Made by a program: the position numbers and the translations under genes. Below, in pieces: positions 1-10,094 of a stretch of 64,000 bases of DNA. The DNA comes from a virus. Positions within the stretch are counted from its first letter, which is position 1. Each line of letters opens with the position of its first letter. Under the pieces are notes generated by a model. The model was not told where the DNA came from, made no database searches, and worked only from the letters and a program-made list of their open reading frames with translations. The stretch lies in the IMG/VR virus record IMGVR_UViG_3300045988_161046, positions 1 to 64,000 of that record. One strand, given 5' to 3'.

Positions 1-3000
1 GCTTTTTTCTTGGCTCGCTTGGCACCAGCATCATTGATAGCCTTCCACATCTGCGTATTCACGTCGTTGAGTGCCATATTACCCCATGATTCGAGCATAG
101 ACTTCAGAGCATTTTTGATAGCTTCCTGCGCGCTGCTTGCATCGTTACGCATTTCGGCAAACGCCTTACCTACTTCCGCACCGAAAGTTTCAATAGGCTT
201 TACAAGCTGCTGCATCTGAGAGAGGCGGTTCTTCATCGCCGCTGCCATCTGATTGACGTATGCAAGTTCTGCCTCATGACGAGCCTTGTCTGCTTCATCG
301 AGGAGCTGCTTGTTCTTTGAGTTCTTGAATACAAAGGCATAGTAATCTTCTGCCATCTGCATCTTCATCTTCATCAGCTCCACCTCTGGGTCAGCGGTGA
401 GATTACCAAGACCGAGGTTCGACCACATATTGGTTCGCTTGCCGAAGAGCGCGCTTTCCTGCTGCATCTTGCGCAGGGTTTCCTGGTTGGCGAGATTGCG
501 CTTATTCACCTTCCACATCTGCTCGGCAATCTTCTTTGCCTGGTCGTAGGTCTTCTTCTGAGCCTCGGTATATTCATCAGAATACTGGATGAGCTTGTTA
601 TAGAATACATGCCAGTCTTCCGCATTATCGCCCAACATATTCTCAATGCGGGCACCCAGCGCATAAGGATCATCACCAAAGAGTACCTGCATCAGCAATC
701 CCCTACCCTCTTTACTGCTGACATCAACAGTATAAAGGTTGGCGATTTGCTTTCTTGCCTGCTCGTACATGGCAATGATGTGTTTCTTGCGTCTTTCTGC
801 AGATTCTTCATCAGCCAACTCAAAATCGGTTGGGTTAGCGAAGCCCATCTGATTGAAATCATCGTACATGCTCTGCTGCACGGCACCCGTATAGTTGTGT
901 TCTCGGGCTATCTTTCGTCGAGCTTCTGCCTGTTGAGCCTCCAGCGTTATATTGTTCTGCTGATTTTTGGTAGCCTTGGCAAAGATTTCAGACGTGATGG
1001 AGTTCATCGGTCGGTTCAGACTATTACCCAACTGAGCCATCTTCTCACGCAGGGCATCGACGTTATTCTTCTGGATGGAAGCGAGGAGGTTTTGGGAAAG
1101 ATTCACTCCAGTCTCATCGGTCTTCTCGACAAGATCATTATCCATCGTCTTCTTGAACTCCTCCCAGGTGTTAGCCTGACCTGCGATAGCAAGGCGTACT
1201 TGAGCAAGAGCTTCATTCATGCGCCTCTTTATCGGTTCTATGTAGAATTTCTGCTCTGTCTCATCTCTTCCGAGACTTACTGCCTGGGATAGCTTCTCAT
1301 TAATCTGACGCTCATAGAAGTTACGAACGTTATCCATGATAGCGCTTGCCTCGTCCTGCTTCTGCTTTAGCTCATCACGCCAGGAACGCTGCTGGTCACG
1401 TTCTGCCTGTTTTCGTTCACGTGCCTCCCGCTTCGCAGCAGCGAGGGCATCTTTCCCGGGTGCATTATTATCGAGAGTACCAGGGCTTTCTTCCGGATAA
1501 TCAGTATATCCTTCTGGAACCCAATTCGCATAAGCCTTCTCAATCTCCTTTTCTTTATTGCCTCTACGATGCGTAGCGTTTGTGTACCAGCGAGACGCAG
1601 AAAGCAAATCACGAAGTTTGAATGCCATTTGCGGGTCACTGGAAGATGGGGAAATCTTTCTGCCGTCATAACCCTGGCGGTAAACGAAACCCTTATTATC
1701 AACTTTCCAATTTTCACCGCTAATCAAGCCTGACTTATTTTTCGGAAGCTTACTAGCTAAGTACCAGAATACGGAGGTACCGCTTGCGCCTTTACTAACC
1801 CATCGGTCTATATCCTGGAAAGATACGCCGAGTTTATCCAAGCCTAAACCACGAACCTTTTCCATCAAAACGTTTGAAGCAGCGTTTCTGTCGGAATCAT
1901 ATTTCGGCAAAGCCTGCTGCTTGGCTTTCTCACGCATACGGTAGTAAGTTGCCCTCTGCGCTTCCTGTGCCAACTCTGAATAATGGTCGCGAAGGTCTTT
2001 TACATTCTTTATCTCTATACCGAGATTAGCAATATAAGAGCGGAAATCTCGATTGAATCTGGACACGAGACCTTGGCGTTCCTTTTGTGAAAGGTTCGCC
2101 TCATTCATCATTCGCTTATAATTATCGAGTTTCTTGTTAAGGTTACTTGTTTCTACTGCCGCCTCGTTAAGAGTTTTTTTCCATGAATTAGCTTTACGTG
2201 TTGCCTCTGCTTCCGCAGCAGCAGCCTCTCTGTTCGCTTCCGCAAAAGACCATACCACTCCTACAGCGGTGAGAATCGCACTTGCAATAGCTACATAAGG
2301 ATTTACCTTGGCTGCTGAATTAAACAAAGTTTGCGCAGCTGCCGCAGCTTTTAAAGCCTTGCCTAATTCCCGAAGAAACGAAACGGTTTTATAGATACCA
2401 AAAGCAGCAAAATAGTTGGCAATAAGAGGAAGAAGAGTTATGAATACCTTGCAAGCAGTAATCACACTCCACAGGGCTGCCTGAAGCGTATTCTTGAACA
2501 CCGGACTTTGCAGGATCATCTGCGACATATCGTACCAAGCCTGCGCCATAGCCTTTACACTCTCCACGCCATCAGGGTTGACAAATGCCTTCTCCCAAAG
2601 GTTGTTGGCTCTATCCAATATGCCTGCGGCAGACTGCTGCTGCATCTTGTACTCATTGGTTACAGCCGTCGCCTCCTCGAATGCCTCCTTAGACTCATAA
2701 AGATGATCCTTCAGCACATCCACGTTCTTAGACATAGTTACCATGGCGGTAATGAGTCGCTGACCATCGGAGCCAAGGTCTTTAAAGATACTGCCAAGGG
2801 CATTCATATTGCCCTTATCACGCATCTTCTCCAATACAAGAACAATGGCATCCATCGCATGCCCGGCAGCATACATGTTCTTGATGGTACCCTGCTGAAT
2901 GCCCAAATCCTTCTCGATAAGGTTGTGGTTCTTCTGCAAGGCTACGATGAATTTAGACATCGCCGTAGCACTCACCTCTGGCATCAGGAAGAGAGAGTCG

Positions 3001-4751
3001 GATGCAGAACCGAGAGCCAACAGCTGGTCAGCAGTGATACCTGCAGTACGGCTCACACCGGTCAATCTCTTGGCAAACTCTACAATATTGGTAGATGTAG
3101 AAGTAGATGTAGAAGACAACTTGAACATAGCCGAACCCGTAGCAAGCATCGCTTTTTCGATACCCATCTTCGGGATAAGACCCATCGTTTCCACCATCTT
3201 AGAAAGAGCCGGGAGCGCTTCTTCTCCCATTTCCTCACCGATGGCTACATTAATCTTATCAGCGGCTTTAACAAACTGAGCCATACCATCCACGCCATAC
3301 TTAGCCATACCGAGTTTTGCGCCCTCGTAGGCAAGTTGAGCCAGGCCATCAATAGAAGTACGGGTGTCTATCTTAGCTAACTCCTCAGACAGTTTGTTGA
3401 CATCCTGCATCGTGAGTCCGGACACCTTACGAATATCCGTCAAAGAAGAAGAATATTCAAAGTTCTTCTTGATAGCAGAAGTAACTGTATCTTTGATAGC
3501 ATTGAATACTCCGAATAAACCCACGTATGCCGTAAGGTTCTTCACTGCCGTCTGCCAGGAATTGCTTTGCTTGCTTATAGCGCCAGTGGCATTATCGATG
3601 TGCTTCTTTAAATTCTTCAGTTCTTTCTGCTTTTCGTTAAACTCCTTGCTTTTGGTGTTTAACTGATTCAGCTCTTCGGAAAGCTGATTGTAAGCCTGTT
3701 TCAACTCGTTGATAGAAGCCTTTCCCTTCTTTCCTCTCTCAATAACATCATTAAGCTGACTATGCGAAAGATAGGTACCTTTCAGGGCTTTCTCCAACAT
3801 AGCATACTGCTGACGGAGCTTTGCCACCTCCTGCGAACCTACAGGCAACTTCTGAATCTGTTTCTGAATAACATCCATTGCTGCCTTAATATCTTCCGCA
3901 GGATGACCGTTAGGGTTACTCAGAATTTCGAGGAGCTGAATAGAATCCATAGAAGCCTTCTGAGCCTTACCGGAAACCGCCTCCAGGCGTTTTTCGATGG
4001 TAGCGAGGGCATCATTATAGGCTTTTATCTGAGCAGTATCAGATGTATCTACATTATCCCTCGCCTGAGTAATAGAAGTCTTAGCGCGGCGAAGTTCGGA
4101 GGCAGTAGATGTTCGGTCTTGCACCACAGTCATAGCCTCCTGTGTAGTCAGCTTGCCATTACGTCTATCCTCCTCTCTCTCCAACTGCTTCAATGTGGCG
4201 TGATTCTTGAGATAGCTGGCATCTGTCTTTTCGAGTGAAGCCACAAGGTCTCTCTGCTGCGTTATGGCCTTACTCAGCCATTGATCAGACTGAATGCTTA
4301 TATTCTTCAGTCCTTTTTCAATCTTCACATATTTGCCTTCCAGCAAGCGCACCTGGTCGCCTACTTCCTTCATCATTGAGCGGATAGCGTTTGCCTGATC
4401 CAGCTCTGCCTCCGACAAGCCTTCGAGCTGGCGCTTGCCGTCGCCCAATGCACGGCGCAGATTGCGGAGTGAAGTATTACTGAGCTGGTTTACCACGCTC
4501 TGCAAGCGTTCATTGGCAGCTATATCCTTAATCTGGGCAGAAGCCAGCAAATCATACTGCTTCTTCAAATCATTGATGGTTGCATCGAGGGCTTTGTATG
4601 GGTCAGTGTTCGGCTTCATGGTTTTCAGCTTTGCCTGAGCCGCATCTATCTGCTCGGATATACCCGCTGCTGTCTCCTGCAACTGCTTCAGTACCTGGAG
4701 CGGCTGCTGACCGTTGAGCGTGATGATAGCCTCTGTTTTATTCTTTGCCAT
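1..4751 (-). CDS. tail tape measure protein, partial (C-terminal part runs off the left window edge)
   Basis: An ATG at 4751-4749 starts MAKNKTEAIITLNGQQPLQVLKQLQE. The frame stayed open wherever I spot-translated it down to position 1. It is missing from the ORF track because the window truncates it. The plus-strand ORFs listed in 10-4638 are shadow ORFs. The product has more than 1580 codons and is Q/A/K/E/L-rich and coiled-coil-like. A hydrophobic block lies around 2250-2500 (...ITLLPLIANYFAAFGIY...ILTAVGVVW). Confidence 0.8.
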   Translation of the reverse strand, partial: MAKNKTEAIITLNGQQPLQVLKQLQETAAGISEQIDAAQAKLKTMKPNTDPYKALDATINDLKKQYDLLASAQIKDIAANERLQSVVNQLSNTSLRNLRRALGDGKRQLEGLSEAELDQANAIRSMMKEVGDQVRLLEGKYVKIEKGLKNISIQSDQWLSKAITQQRDLVASLEKTDASYLKNHATLKQLEREEDRRNGKLTTQEAMTVVQDRTSTASELRRAKTSITQARDNVDTSDTAQIKAYNDALATIEKRLEAVSGKAQKASMDSIQLLEILSNPNGHPAEDIKAAMDVIQKQIQKLPVGSQEVAKLRQQYAMLEKALKGTYLSHSQLNDVIERGKKGKASINELKQAYNQLSEELNQLNTKSKEFNEKQKELKNLKKHIDNATGAISKQSNSWQTAVKNLTAYVGLFGVFNAIKDTVTSAIKKNFEYSSSLTDIRKVSGLTMQDVNKLSEELAKIDTRTSIDGLAQLAYEGAKLGMAKYGVDGMAQFVKAADKINVAIGEEMGEEALPALSKMVETMGLIPKMGIEKAMLATGSAMFKLSSTSTSTSTNIVEFAKRLTGVSRTAGITADQLLALGSASDSLFLMPEVSATAMSKFIVALQKNHNLIEKDLGIQQGTIKNMYAAGHAMDAIVLVLEKMRDKGNMNALGSIFKDLGSDGQRLITAMVTMSKNVDVLKDHLYESKEAFEEATAVTNEYKMQQQSAAGILDRANNLWEKAFVNPDGVESVKAMAQAWYDMSQMILQSPVFKNTLQAALWSVITACKVFITLLPLIANYFAAFGIYKTVSFLRELGKALKAAAAAQTLFNSAAKVNPYVAIASAILTAVGVVWSFAEANREAAAAEAEATRKANSWKKTLNEAAVETSNLNKKLDNYKRMMNEANLSQKERQGLVSRFNRDFRSYIANLGIEIKNVKDLRDHYSELAQEAQRATYYRMREKAKQQALPKYDSDRNAASNVLMEKVRGLGLDKLGVSFQDIDRWVSKGASGTSVFWYLASKLPKNKSGLISGENWKVDNKGFVYRQGYDGRKISPSSSDPQMAFKLRDLLSASRWYTNATHRRGNKEKEIEKAYANWVPEGYTDYPEESPGTLDNNAPGKDALAAAKREARERKQAERDQQRSWRDELKQKQDEASAIMDNVRNFYERQINEKLSQAVSLGRDETEQKFYIEPIKRRMNEALAQVRLAIAGQANTWEEFKKTMDNDLVEKTDETGVNLSQNLLASIQKNNVDALREKMAQLGNSLNRPMNSITSEIFAKATKNQQNNITLEAQQAEARRKIAREHNYTGAVQQSMYDDFNQMGFANPTDFELADEESAERRKKHIIAMYEQARKQIANLYTVDVSSKEGRGLLMQVLFGDDPYALGARIENMLGDNAEDWHVFYNKLIQYSDEYTEAQKKTYDQAKKIAEQMWKVNKRNLANQETLRKMQQESALFGKRTNMWSNLGLGNLTADPEVELMKMKMQMAEDYYAFVFKNSKNKQLLDEADKARHEAELAYVNQMAAAMKNRLSQMQQLVKPIETFGAEVGKAFAEMRNDASSAQEAIKNALKSMLESWGNMALNDVNTQMWKAINDAGAKRAKKK

Positions 4752-4789
4752 TGCTTTTTATTTTTAATGTTTATTTTTGGGGGATATGA

Positions 4790-4828
4790 GACCGGCGATG
4801 GAATCGCCGGGAACGGGAGCGAGAGGGG
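4790..4828 (+). repeat. R1 hairpin element copy E1 (GACCGGCGATGGAATCGCCGGGAACGGGAGCGAGAGGGG)
   Basis: The stem is 8 bp with a 3-nt loop, followed by a G-rich tail. The stem carries a compensatory A>G/T>C pair relative to the consensus. It lies between the stop of 4829..5383 and the tape measure start. Confidence 0.85.
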
Positions 4829-5383
4829 TTACTCGTCTTTGCCTTCCAGGGCGTTCATTATCTGCAACAAGCCTTGATAGCCGTAGTAATCGGCAAGATG
4901 ATTTTCGTATCTCGTTTTCAGTCTGCGGACGGTTCGCATGATGGCAGGACGGTGAGATTTACCTGCCCTTCTATCCCACTTGCCGATATATCGGGTTTTG
5001 AACTTAGCTTTCTTCGAGCGGTCCACCTTATCGGCAGTGATATGGGCTGCAGGGTCACGAGGATCACCCGTCAAACCTACACCAATATCCACATAGCGGA
5101 GATAATCGTTATAGCGGATTCCTACCATCAGATTACCCGTCTTTTCATCAGCCTGATATACCGTACCCTCAAAGGATTTCTTACCTTCACCCGTAGAGTA
5201 CCACATGCCGTGTTCCTCGCGGTATTTGTTTACCTTCTCGTAGCCACGATATACTTCTACCGGATAAATCTTCTGGGTATTGAAGTTGACTTCTATATCA
5301 AGAAGAGCTTGTTTCAGATATACACCTGCCACCTCTTTCAGGGGCGCAAAAGGCGACTTGATAGGTTGGGTTCTGATAGGCAT
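4829..5383 (-). CDS. hypothetical protein (neighbour of the tape measure gene)
   Basis: Taken from the ORF track. It is tiled on the same strand as its neighbours. I recognised no motif. Confidence 0.6.
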   Translation of the reverse strand: MPIRTQPIKSPFAPLKEVAGVYLKQALLDIEVNFNTQKIYPVEVYRGYEKVNKYREEHGMWYSTGEGKKSFEGTVYQADEKTGNLMVGIRYNDYLRYVDIGVGLTGDPRDPAAHITADKVDRSKKAKFKTRYIGKWDRRAGKSHRPAIMRTVRRLKTRYENHLADYYGYQGLLQIMNALEGKDE

Positions 5384-5386
5384 GGC

Positions 5387-5989
5387 TTATCCCTCCTTTC
5401 CGTCTTCTGTCGATGCAGGAATGATATATTTCTGCTCTTTTTCGCATTGGAAATTATAGAGCGGACGGATGGTTTGCCAATAGCAATCGGCAAGAAGCCA
5501 GCTCGGTCCACGGAAGAGAGGGTTTACACCATAGGCGAAACTCTCTATATTAATGGATGATAACTCGATGCCCAACTTAGGCTCTTCCGTCTTGAAGTTT
5601 CTGCCCGTAATAGGACAGATACCTGTGCGGCGAAGCTGAGTGAGATAGGACGCAAGGTCTTCACAATACTCCATCAGATCATCCGATGCAGCCTGCAATT
5701 TGCTGCCATCATATCTGCCCAACGTAGCAGAGGAATCTTTCAGTCGGATAAGGAAGCAGACCTGATAGGTAATCAGGGCTTGCTTATCCGATTTCAGCTC
5801 TCCGGAGTTCACTACACGATAGAGCATACAGGGAGAGTGAATGATATTGGCGTTGCGGGAAAAGATATTTTCCTCGTCAATATCACGGATGCGGAAGAAA
5901 CTCTGTTCTTCCAGCTTCTTGCTTGTCGGGTTATGGGATAAGGGCTTGTAGATGGTTGCCCAGTGTTCCAAAACATTTGATACTGTCAT
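5387..5989 (-). CDS. hypothetical protein
   Basis: Taken from the ORF track, on the same strand as its neighbours. It is in frame with 4829..5383 across a single TAA. I recognised no motif. Confidence 0.6.
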   Translation of the reverse strand: MTVSNVLEHWATIYKPLSHNPTSKKLEEQSFFRIRDIDEENIFSRNANIIHSPCMLYRVVNSGELKSDKQALITYQVCFLIRLKDSSATLGRYDGSKLQAASDDLMEYCEDLASYLTQLRRTGICPITGRNFKTEEPKLGIELSSINIESFAYGVNPLFRGPSWLLADCYWQTIRPLYNFQCEKEQKYIIPASTEDGKEG

Positions 5990-6053
5990 AATTCAAAGGG
6001 GTTTTAACACATTATTAACTGATAGCGTACAGAAATTAAGAGATGTTGGCACA

Positions 6054-6668
6054 TTATATATCGTAATCGTCACCAGCCCCTTTCTGCGGAATCCATTCAT
6101 TATTATCAGATTCTTTGGGCTTGCCTGCATCATCTGCCTTATCCTTATCGCTCTTATCAGATGGAGTTTCTTCTTCCTCATCTTTCATCAAGTCTTTCAG
6201 CTTCACATTGAAGTGCCTTTCGGTTTTATCGGCTACAATCTTCTGCATCACTCTTGCCCAGGGTGCCCCATTACAGGTACTCTCGTTTTCGAGAATACTC
6301 ACGAGCTGCACGCCGCAATAAATAGCAGCAAGATAGTTGGCGAGATGGAGAGGATTCTGGAAATCGAGTATCACGGTATCTACCATCGTGGCCAGGAATA
6401 TCGCAAGGATGAGGACGGAGAAGTCCTTCACCATCTTTGCCATTTTCTTTGATTTCAGTTTGCCGTCGATTTTACATCGAGGGTCTTTCTTGATAGCCTC
6501 CCGATAGCGGGAATAGATGCGGCAGTTGCACCGCCACGCCGTATAGCAATCGCAAATGAGGGCGAAGAAACATACGGCGATGTAGTTAAGAGATGGTTCC
6601 AGCGTACACCACACCAAGCCGATGATGGCTGCAAGAAACCTGGTAAGGGTTGGAATTAAACTTTGCAT
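6054..6668 (-). CDS. holin-like multi-pass membrane protein with acidic C-terminal tail
   Basis: There are 3-4 hydrophobic segments. The motif VQLVSILENESTCNGAPW resembles the E..SIlEN....G.P signature of phage holin family 4. The family assignment is from memory only. Confidence 0.5.
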   Translation of the reverse strand: MQSLIPTLTRFLAAIIGLVWCTLEPSLNYIAVCFFALICDCYTAWRCNCRIYSRYREAIKKDPRCKIDGKLKSKKMAKMVKDFSVLILAIFLATMVDTVILDFQNPLHLANYLAAIYCGVQLVSILENESTCNGAPWARVMQKIVADKTERHFNVKLKDLMKDEEEETPSDKSDKDKADDAGKPKESDNNEWIPQKGAGDDYDI

Positions 6669-6714
6669 TTCTTTTTTCTTTTTAATGTTATCCTATGTTG
6701 TCTTAATACTATTG

Positions 6715-6722
6715 CAAAGGTA
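6715..6722 (-). promoter_or_regulatory. Bacteroidota-type -7 box TACCTTTG (read on the minus strand)
   Basis: It matches TAnnTTTG about 45 nt upstream of the ATG at 6668. The same octamer recurs at 12356, 40606 and 51025. Confidence 0.45.
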
Positions 6723-6929
6723 TCTGTTTTTTATTGAGAGGTGGGGACAAAAGGATTTTCTTGTCCCTATCGATTAGGGGCATTTTTGTAATTTTGCAAT
6801 CAAGATGTACGGATGGTAGATAGCCTTCCGGGGGGGCGGGGTTTTTGAACACGAATAAAACGAATAAAACGAATTTCGGTTTTCGATACCCCACCAAGTT
6901 AACATTTAACATTCAACATTCAAAAAGAG

Positions 6930-7715
6930 ATGAGCCAATTAACACAGAACACCCTACAGAGGATAGACAAATGGCTATCCAACGGTCTCAGTATGGAGAC
7001 GATGTTCCCAAAACTGGAACAGCGGTACCGTATGCAGCTCTGTGCCGAGTTCTACAAGCGATGGGTGCAAAACAACGATATAGACCCTCGTACCACCTGC
7101 CGCAATATCGCACGACGAGATTATACACTCTTCGTAAGTCAGGCAGGACAGGGCAACAAGGAGGCGCAGGAAATGGTGATGGCGCTGCATATTGATATTG
7201 ACGAGGAAGGCAATATCAAACCCCGCACGGTTACGGAACTGAATAATGATGTGGCAGTATGCAATCATATCATCCGTTTCTTTCAGACCGACGAAAGCCC
7301 CCGCCATAAGGCGATGTATCTGAGCAGCGCTGAATGGCTGATACGTACCGGCAAACAGCAGAACAACGACCGCGCGGTGGATAAGGGTATGCAAGCCCTG
7401 GCAAATGTTTACGGCAACTTCGTGGAGGATAAGGATGCTACGGATGAGATGCCGGATATGAGCCGCATTGCCATTACCCAGGATGTGAGCATCGTGAAGC
7501 ACGACCGCATCAACTATACCGATGAGTATAAACGCAAGATGGCTCGAAAGTATGGTCTTACGGTGAAGGATATGCAGCAGATAGCCGATGAGGAGAGTCT
7601 GAATGCTACTCCGGAAAAAGCTCCTGATTACTTCGACTATATGGAAGAGGTGATGGAAGAGAAGGAGGATGGTAAACAGGCTAAAGAGATAAAGGAGGAA
7701 ATAGCCGATGAGTAA
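6930..7715 (+). CDS. hypothetical protein; the position is compatible with a small terminase subunit, but this is unproven
   Basis: It is the first gene of the rightward block that ends with the large terminase. It has an acidic C-terminus. I recognised no diagnostic motif. Confidence 0.55.
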   Translation: MSQLTQNTLQRIDKWLSNGLSMETMFPKLEQRYRMQLCAEFYKRWVQNNDIDPRTTCRNIARRDYTLFVSQAGQGNKEAQEMVMALHIDIDEEGNIKPRTVTELNNDVAVCNHIIRFFQTDESPRHKAMYLSSAEWLIRTGKQQNNDRAVDKGMQALANVYGNFVEDKDATDEMPDMSRIAITQDVSIVKHDRINYTDEYKRKMARKYGLTVKDMQQIADEESLNATPEKAPDYFDYMEEVMEEKEDGKQAKEIKEEIADE

Positions 7716-7935
7716 ACGATATAGAAATCATTATCCCAACAAGATACCTCCCTTCCGTCCTGACCCAGAACACTGGACGAGGAAAAGCAGTCACGGCTGG
7801 AAAACCAAGGTTACCTACGAGAGCGAGGATGAAGCCTACGAGTTTCTGAAACTGCACCCTAAAATCATGGCTGCCGGATATACGGCTTATCAGTGCAAGG
7901 TGTGCTCGAAATGGCACGTGGGGAAGTTGAGATAA
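7708..7935 (+). CDS. hypothetical small protein with a CxxC pair
   Basis: Taken from the ORF track. Its start overlaps the end of the preceding gene. The C-terminus reads YQCKVCSKWH. Confidence 0.5.
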   Translation: MSKRYRNHYPNKIPPFRPDPEHWTRKSSHGWKTKVTYESEDEAYEFLKLHPKIMAAGYTAYQCKVCSKWHVGKLR

Positions 7936-7968
7936 TTAATAATTTATAGTTAATAGTTTGTAAACTTT

Positions 7969-8570
7969 ATGGCAAAAGACTGGATAGGCGGCAATGCTGC
8001 CGTATTTAAGACGTTAGGCGCAAGCAACCATAAAAACGGTGAGCGACAGCGTGAAGACTACTATGCCACAGAACCCGCAGCTACCGAATGGCTCTGTAAG
8101 ATAGAGCGTTTTACGGGGGGGGGGGAAAAATTTTGGAACCTTCCTGCGGCGAAGGGCATATTAGCAAAGTATTAAAGGCTCATGGCTACAATGTAGTCAG
8201 CCGTGACTTGATAGATAGAGGTTATGGTGAGGTTGCAGATTTTCTTTCCATCGACAACTTAGAATGGGACGGAGATATTATTACCAACCCACCCTACCGA
8301 TTTGCATTGGATTTTGTAGAAAAAGCTTTGCAGATTATTCCGGAAGGAAGAAAGGTTGCTATGTTCCTGAAACTTACTTTTCTTGAAGGGAAAGGAAGAA
8401 GGCATTTGTTTAGAACACAGCTTCCATGCAGGGTATGGGTAAGCAGTTCACGACTGAAATGTGCTGCCAATGGCGATTTCGATGCAATGGCTGGTAGCGC
8501 TCAAGCCTATGCCTGGTTTATCTGGGAAAAAGGATATAAAGGAGAAACTATTCTAAAATGGTTTAATTGA
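7969..8570 (+). pseudogene. gamma-class N6-adenine DNA methyltransferase split by a frameshift at a G11 tract (phase-variable, slippage-dependent or defective)
   Basis: ORF 7969..8175 and ORF 8133..8570 overlap at G11 (8115-8125). The downstream frame carries motif I (ILEPSCGEGHI) and motif IV (DIITNPPY). A tract of 12 or 9 G would fuse the two frames. Confidence 0.75.
8115..8125 (+). repeat. homopolymeric G11 tract inside the methyltransferase gene
   Basis: I counted it directly: ttac gggggg ggggg aaaaa. Confidence 0.95.
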
Positions 8571-8590
8571 TAAAAATAGATTTATAGAGG

Positions 8591-9361
8591 ATGGAATTAA
8601 ATAAGATTTATAATGAGGATTGCCTGGTAGGAATGAAAAAGATTCCGGACGCAAGCGTGGATTGTGTTATCTGCGATTTGCCTTATGGCGTTCTCAATAA
8701 AAAGAGTGAGGGCGGTGGCTGGGATAGTATTATTCCGCTTGAGCCATTATGGAAGGAATATCTGCGCATAACCAAACCCAATGCAGCGATTATTCTTTTC
8801 TGCCAGGGCATGTTTACCGCACAACTTATGATGTCACAGCCGAAACTCTGGAAATATAATCTTATTTGGAGCAAGCAGCGGGTAACAGGCTTTTTGAATG
8901 CCAACAAGATGCCTCTGCGCTCACATGAGGATATTGCAGTATTTTATCGAAAACAACCTATCTACAATCCTCAGATGGTAAAATGTATGCCACATCAGAG
9001 AAATCACCGAGGGGGCAATGGTTCTCATAGTTTGAAACGAGGTTGTTATGGCGATTATAAAGAAGTGCCTACTATCGTATCAGATGAAAAATTCCCAAAG
9101 AGCATTATCTGCTTCGACAAAGAACATTCTGCCGATACCTTCCACCCTACGCAAAAGCCAGTAGCTCTTATCCAGTATCTTATATGTACTTATACCAATG
9201 TGGGGGGGTGCGTTCTCGACAACTGCATGGGCAGCGGCACTACTGCCATCGCTGCCATCCGTGAAAAACGCAACTTTATCGGCTTTGAGCTGAACAAAGA
9301 ATATTACGACAAGGCTTGCAAGCGCATCAAGTTAGAAATGGCGCAGCCGAGCCTATTTTAA
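8591..9361 (+). CDS. beta-class N6-adenine/N4-cytosine DNA methyltransferase
   Basis: It carries motif IV-like CDLPYG near the N-terminus, FHPTQKP, and motif I DNCMGSGTTAIAA near the C-terminus. This is the permuted beta-class order. It ends in QPSLF. Confidence 0.8.
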   Translation: MELNKIYNEDCLVGMKKIPDASVDCVICDLPYGVLNKKSEGGGWDSIIPLEPLWKEYLRITKPNAAIILFCQGMFTAQLMMSQPKLWKYNLIWSKQRVTGFLNANKMPLRSHEDIAVFYRKQPIYNPQMVKCMPHQRNHRGGNGSHSLKRGCYGDYKEVPTIVSDEKFPKSIICFDKEHSADTFHPTQKPVALIQYLICTYTNVGGCVLDNCMGSGTTAIAAIREKRNFIGFELNKEYYDKACKRIKLEMAQPSLF

Positions 9362-9373
9362 ATCTGCGAAATT

Positions 9374-9697
9374 ATGGCAAAGATTATTTATTTCGGAACC
9401 AATGGATGTTCCGGTCACTACCCTATCGGTATCGACATGACGCTGACAGAAGAAGAAAGCAGAAAATGGTGCGAGTGTGATAATAAATATTGGATTGAAA
9501 ATATCCGGAAAAACCCAGGTCGCCACCTGGTTCAACATCACGGAGAAACCTACACCAACTACGGTGTACCTTTCTCTGTAGATGAAGACAGAGTTGGAGA
9601 CCATACCGAACTCTTCTGGGAGGGAGTACACTCGGAAAAAGAAATAATAGAACTCATAAAGAGTAACCCGTTTTTGAAACGACAATTTAAAATGTAA
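9374..9697 (+). CDS. hypothetical protein
   Basis: Taken from the ORF track, tiled on the same strand as its neighbours. Confidence 0.55.
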   Translation: MAKIIYFGTNGCSGHYPIGIDMTLTEEESRKWCECDNKYWIENIRKNPGRHLVQHHGETYTNYGVPFSVDEDRVGDHTELFWEGVHSEKEIIELIKSNPFLKRQFKM

Positions 9698-9703
9698 GCG
9701 ACG

Positions 9704-9985
9704 ATGATAGTAATAAAAATAAAAACATGGAAAGACTGGAAACAGGACTTTCTTAAATGGGTGCAAGCACCTCGGCGCAGTACTTGCAAGGAGTACGTAG
9801 ATTATATGGAGGCTTTACAAAATCAGGTTCTCTACAAAATAATAAACGACACTTGCGATAAATACGGCAATATGCGTGAGGATCAAATTCAAGACATCAC
9901 CGAGGCAGTCGAGAGATGCGTGGCTGAGTGTGCCCAAGAAATACGCAAGCTAATCGATGATTGCCAGCCCGCAAAATTTCTCTAA
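9704..9985 (+). CDS. hypothetical protein
   Basis: Taken from the ORF track, tiled on the same strand as its neighbours. Confidence 0.5.
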   Translation: MIVIKIKTWKDWKQDFLKWVQAPRRSTCKEYVDYMEALQNQVLYKIINDTCDKYGNMREDQIQDITEAVERCVAECAQEIRKLIDDCQPAKFL

Positions 9986-10094
9986 GACTGTAAAAAACCT
10001 GGCGTTCCTGCGGATTTCAAATCCGCAGGAACGCCTAACGGACGCAAGGACGCGGCTAAATCAACATTCATTCAAGATAACAAAATTTTAAATT

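Noticed and set aside
10-4638. About ten plus-strand ORFs of 60-290 aa (for example 609..1292, 2508..3380 and 3762..4238), plus the minus-strand ORFs 692..886 and 1367..1717
   Set aside because: They lie opposite to, or out of frame with, one continuous minus-strand frame from 4751 to the window edge, which is the tape measure gene. Their products are low-complexity (L/S/I/H-rich). They overlap one another. I treat them as shadow ORFs.
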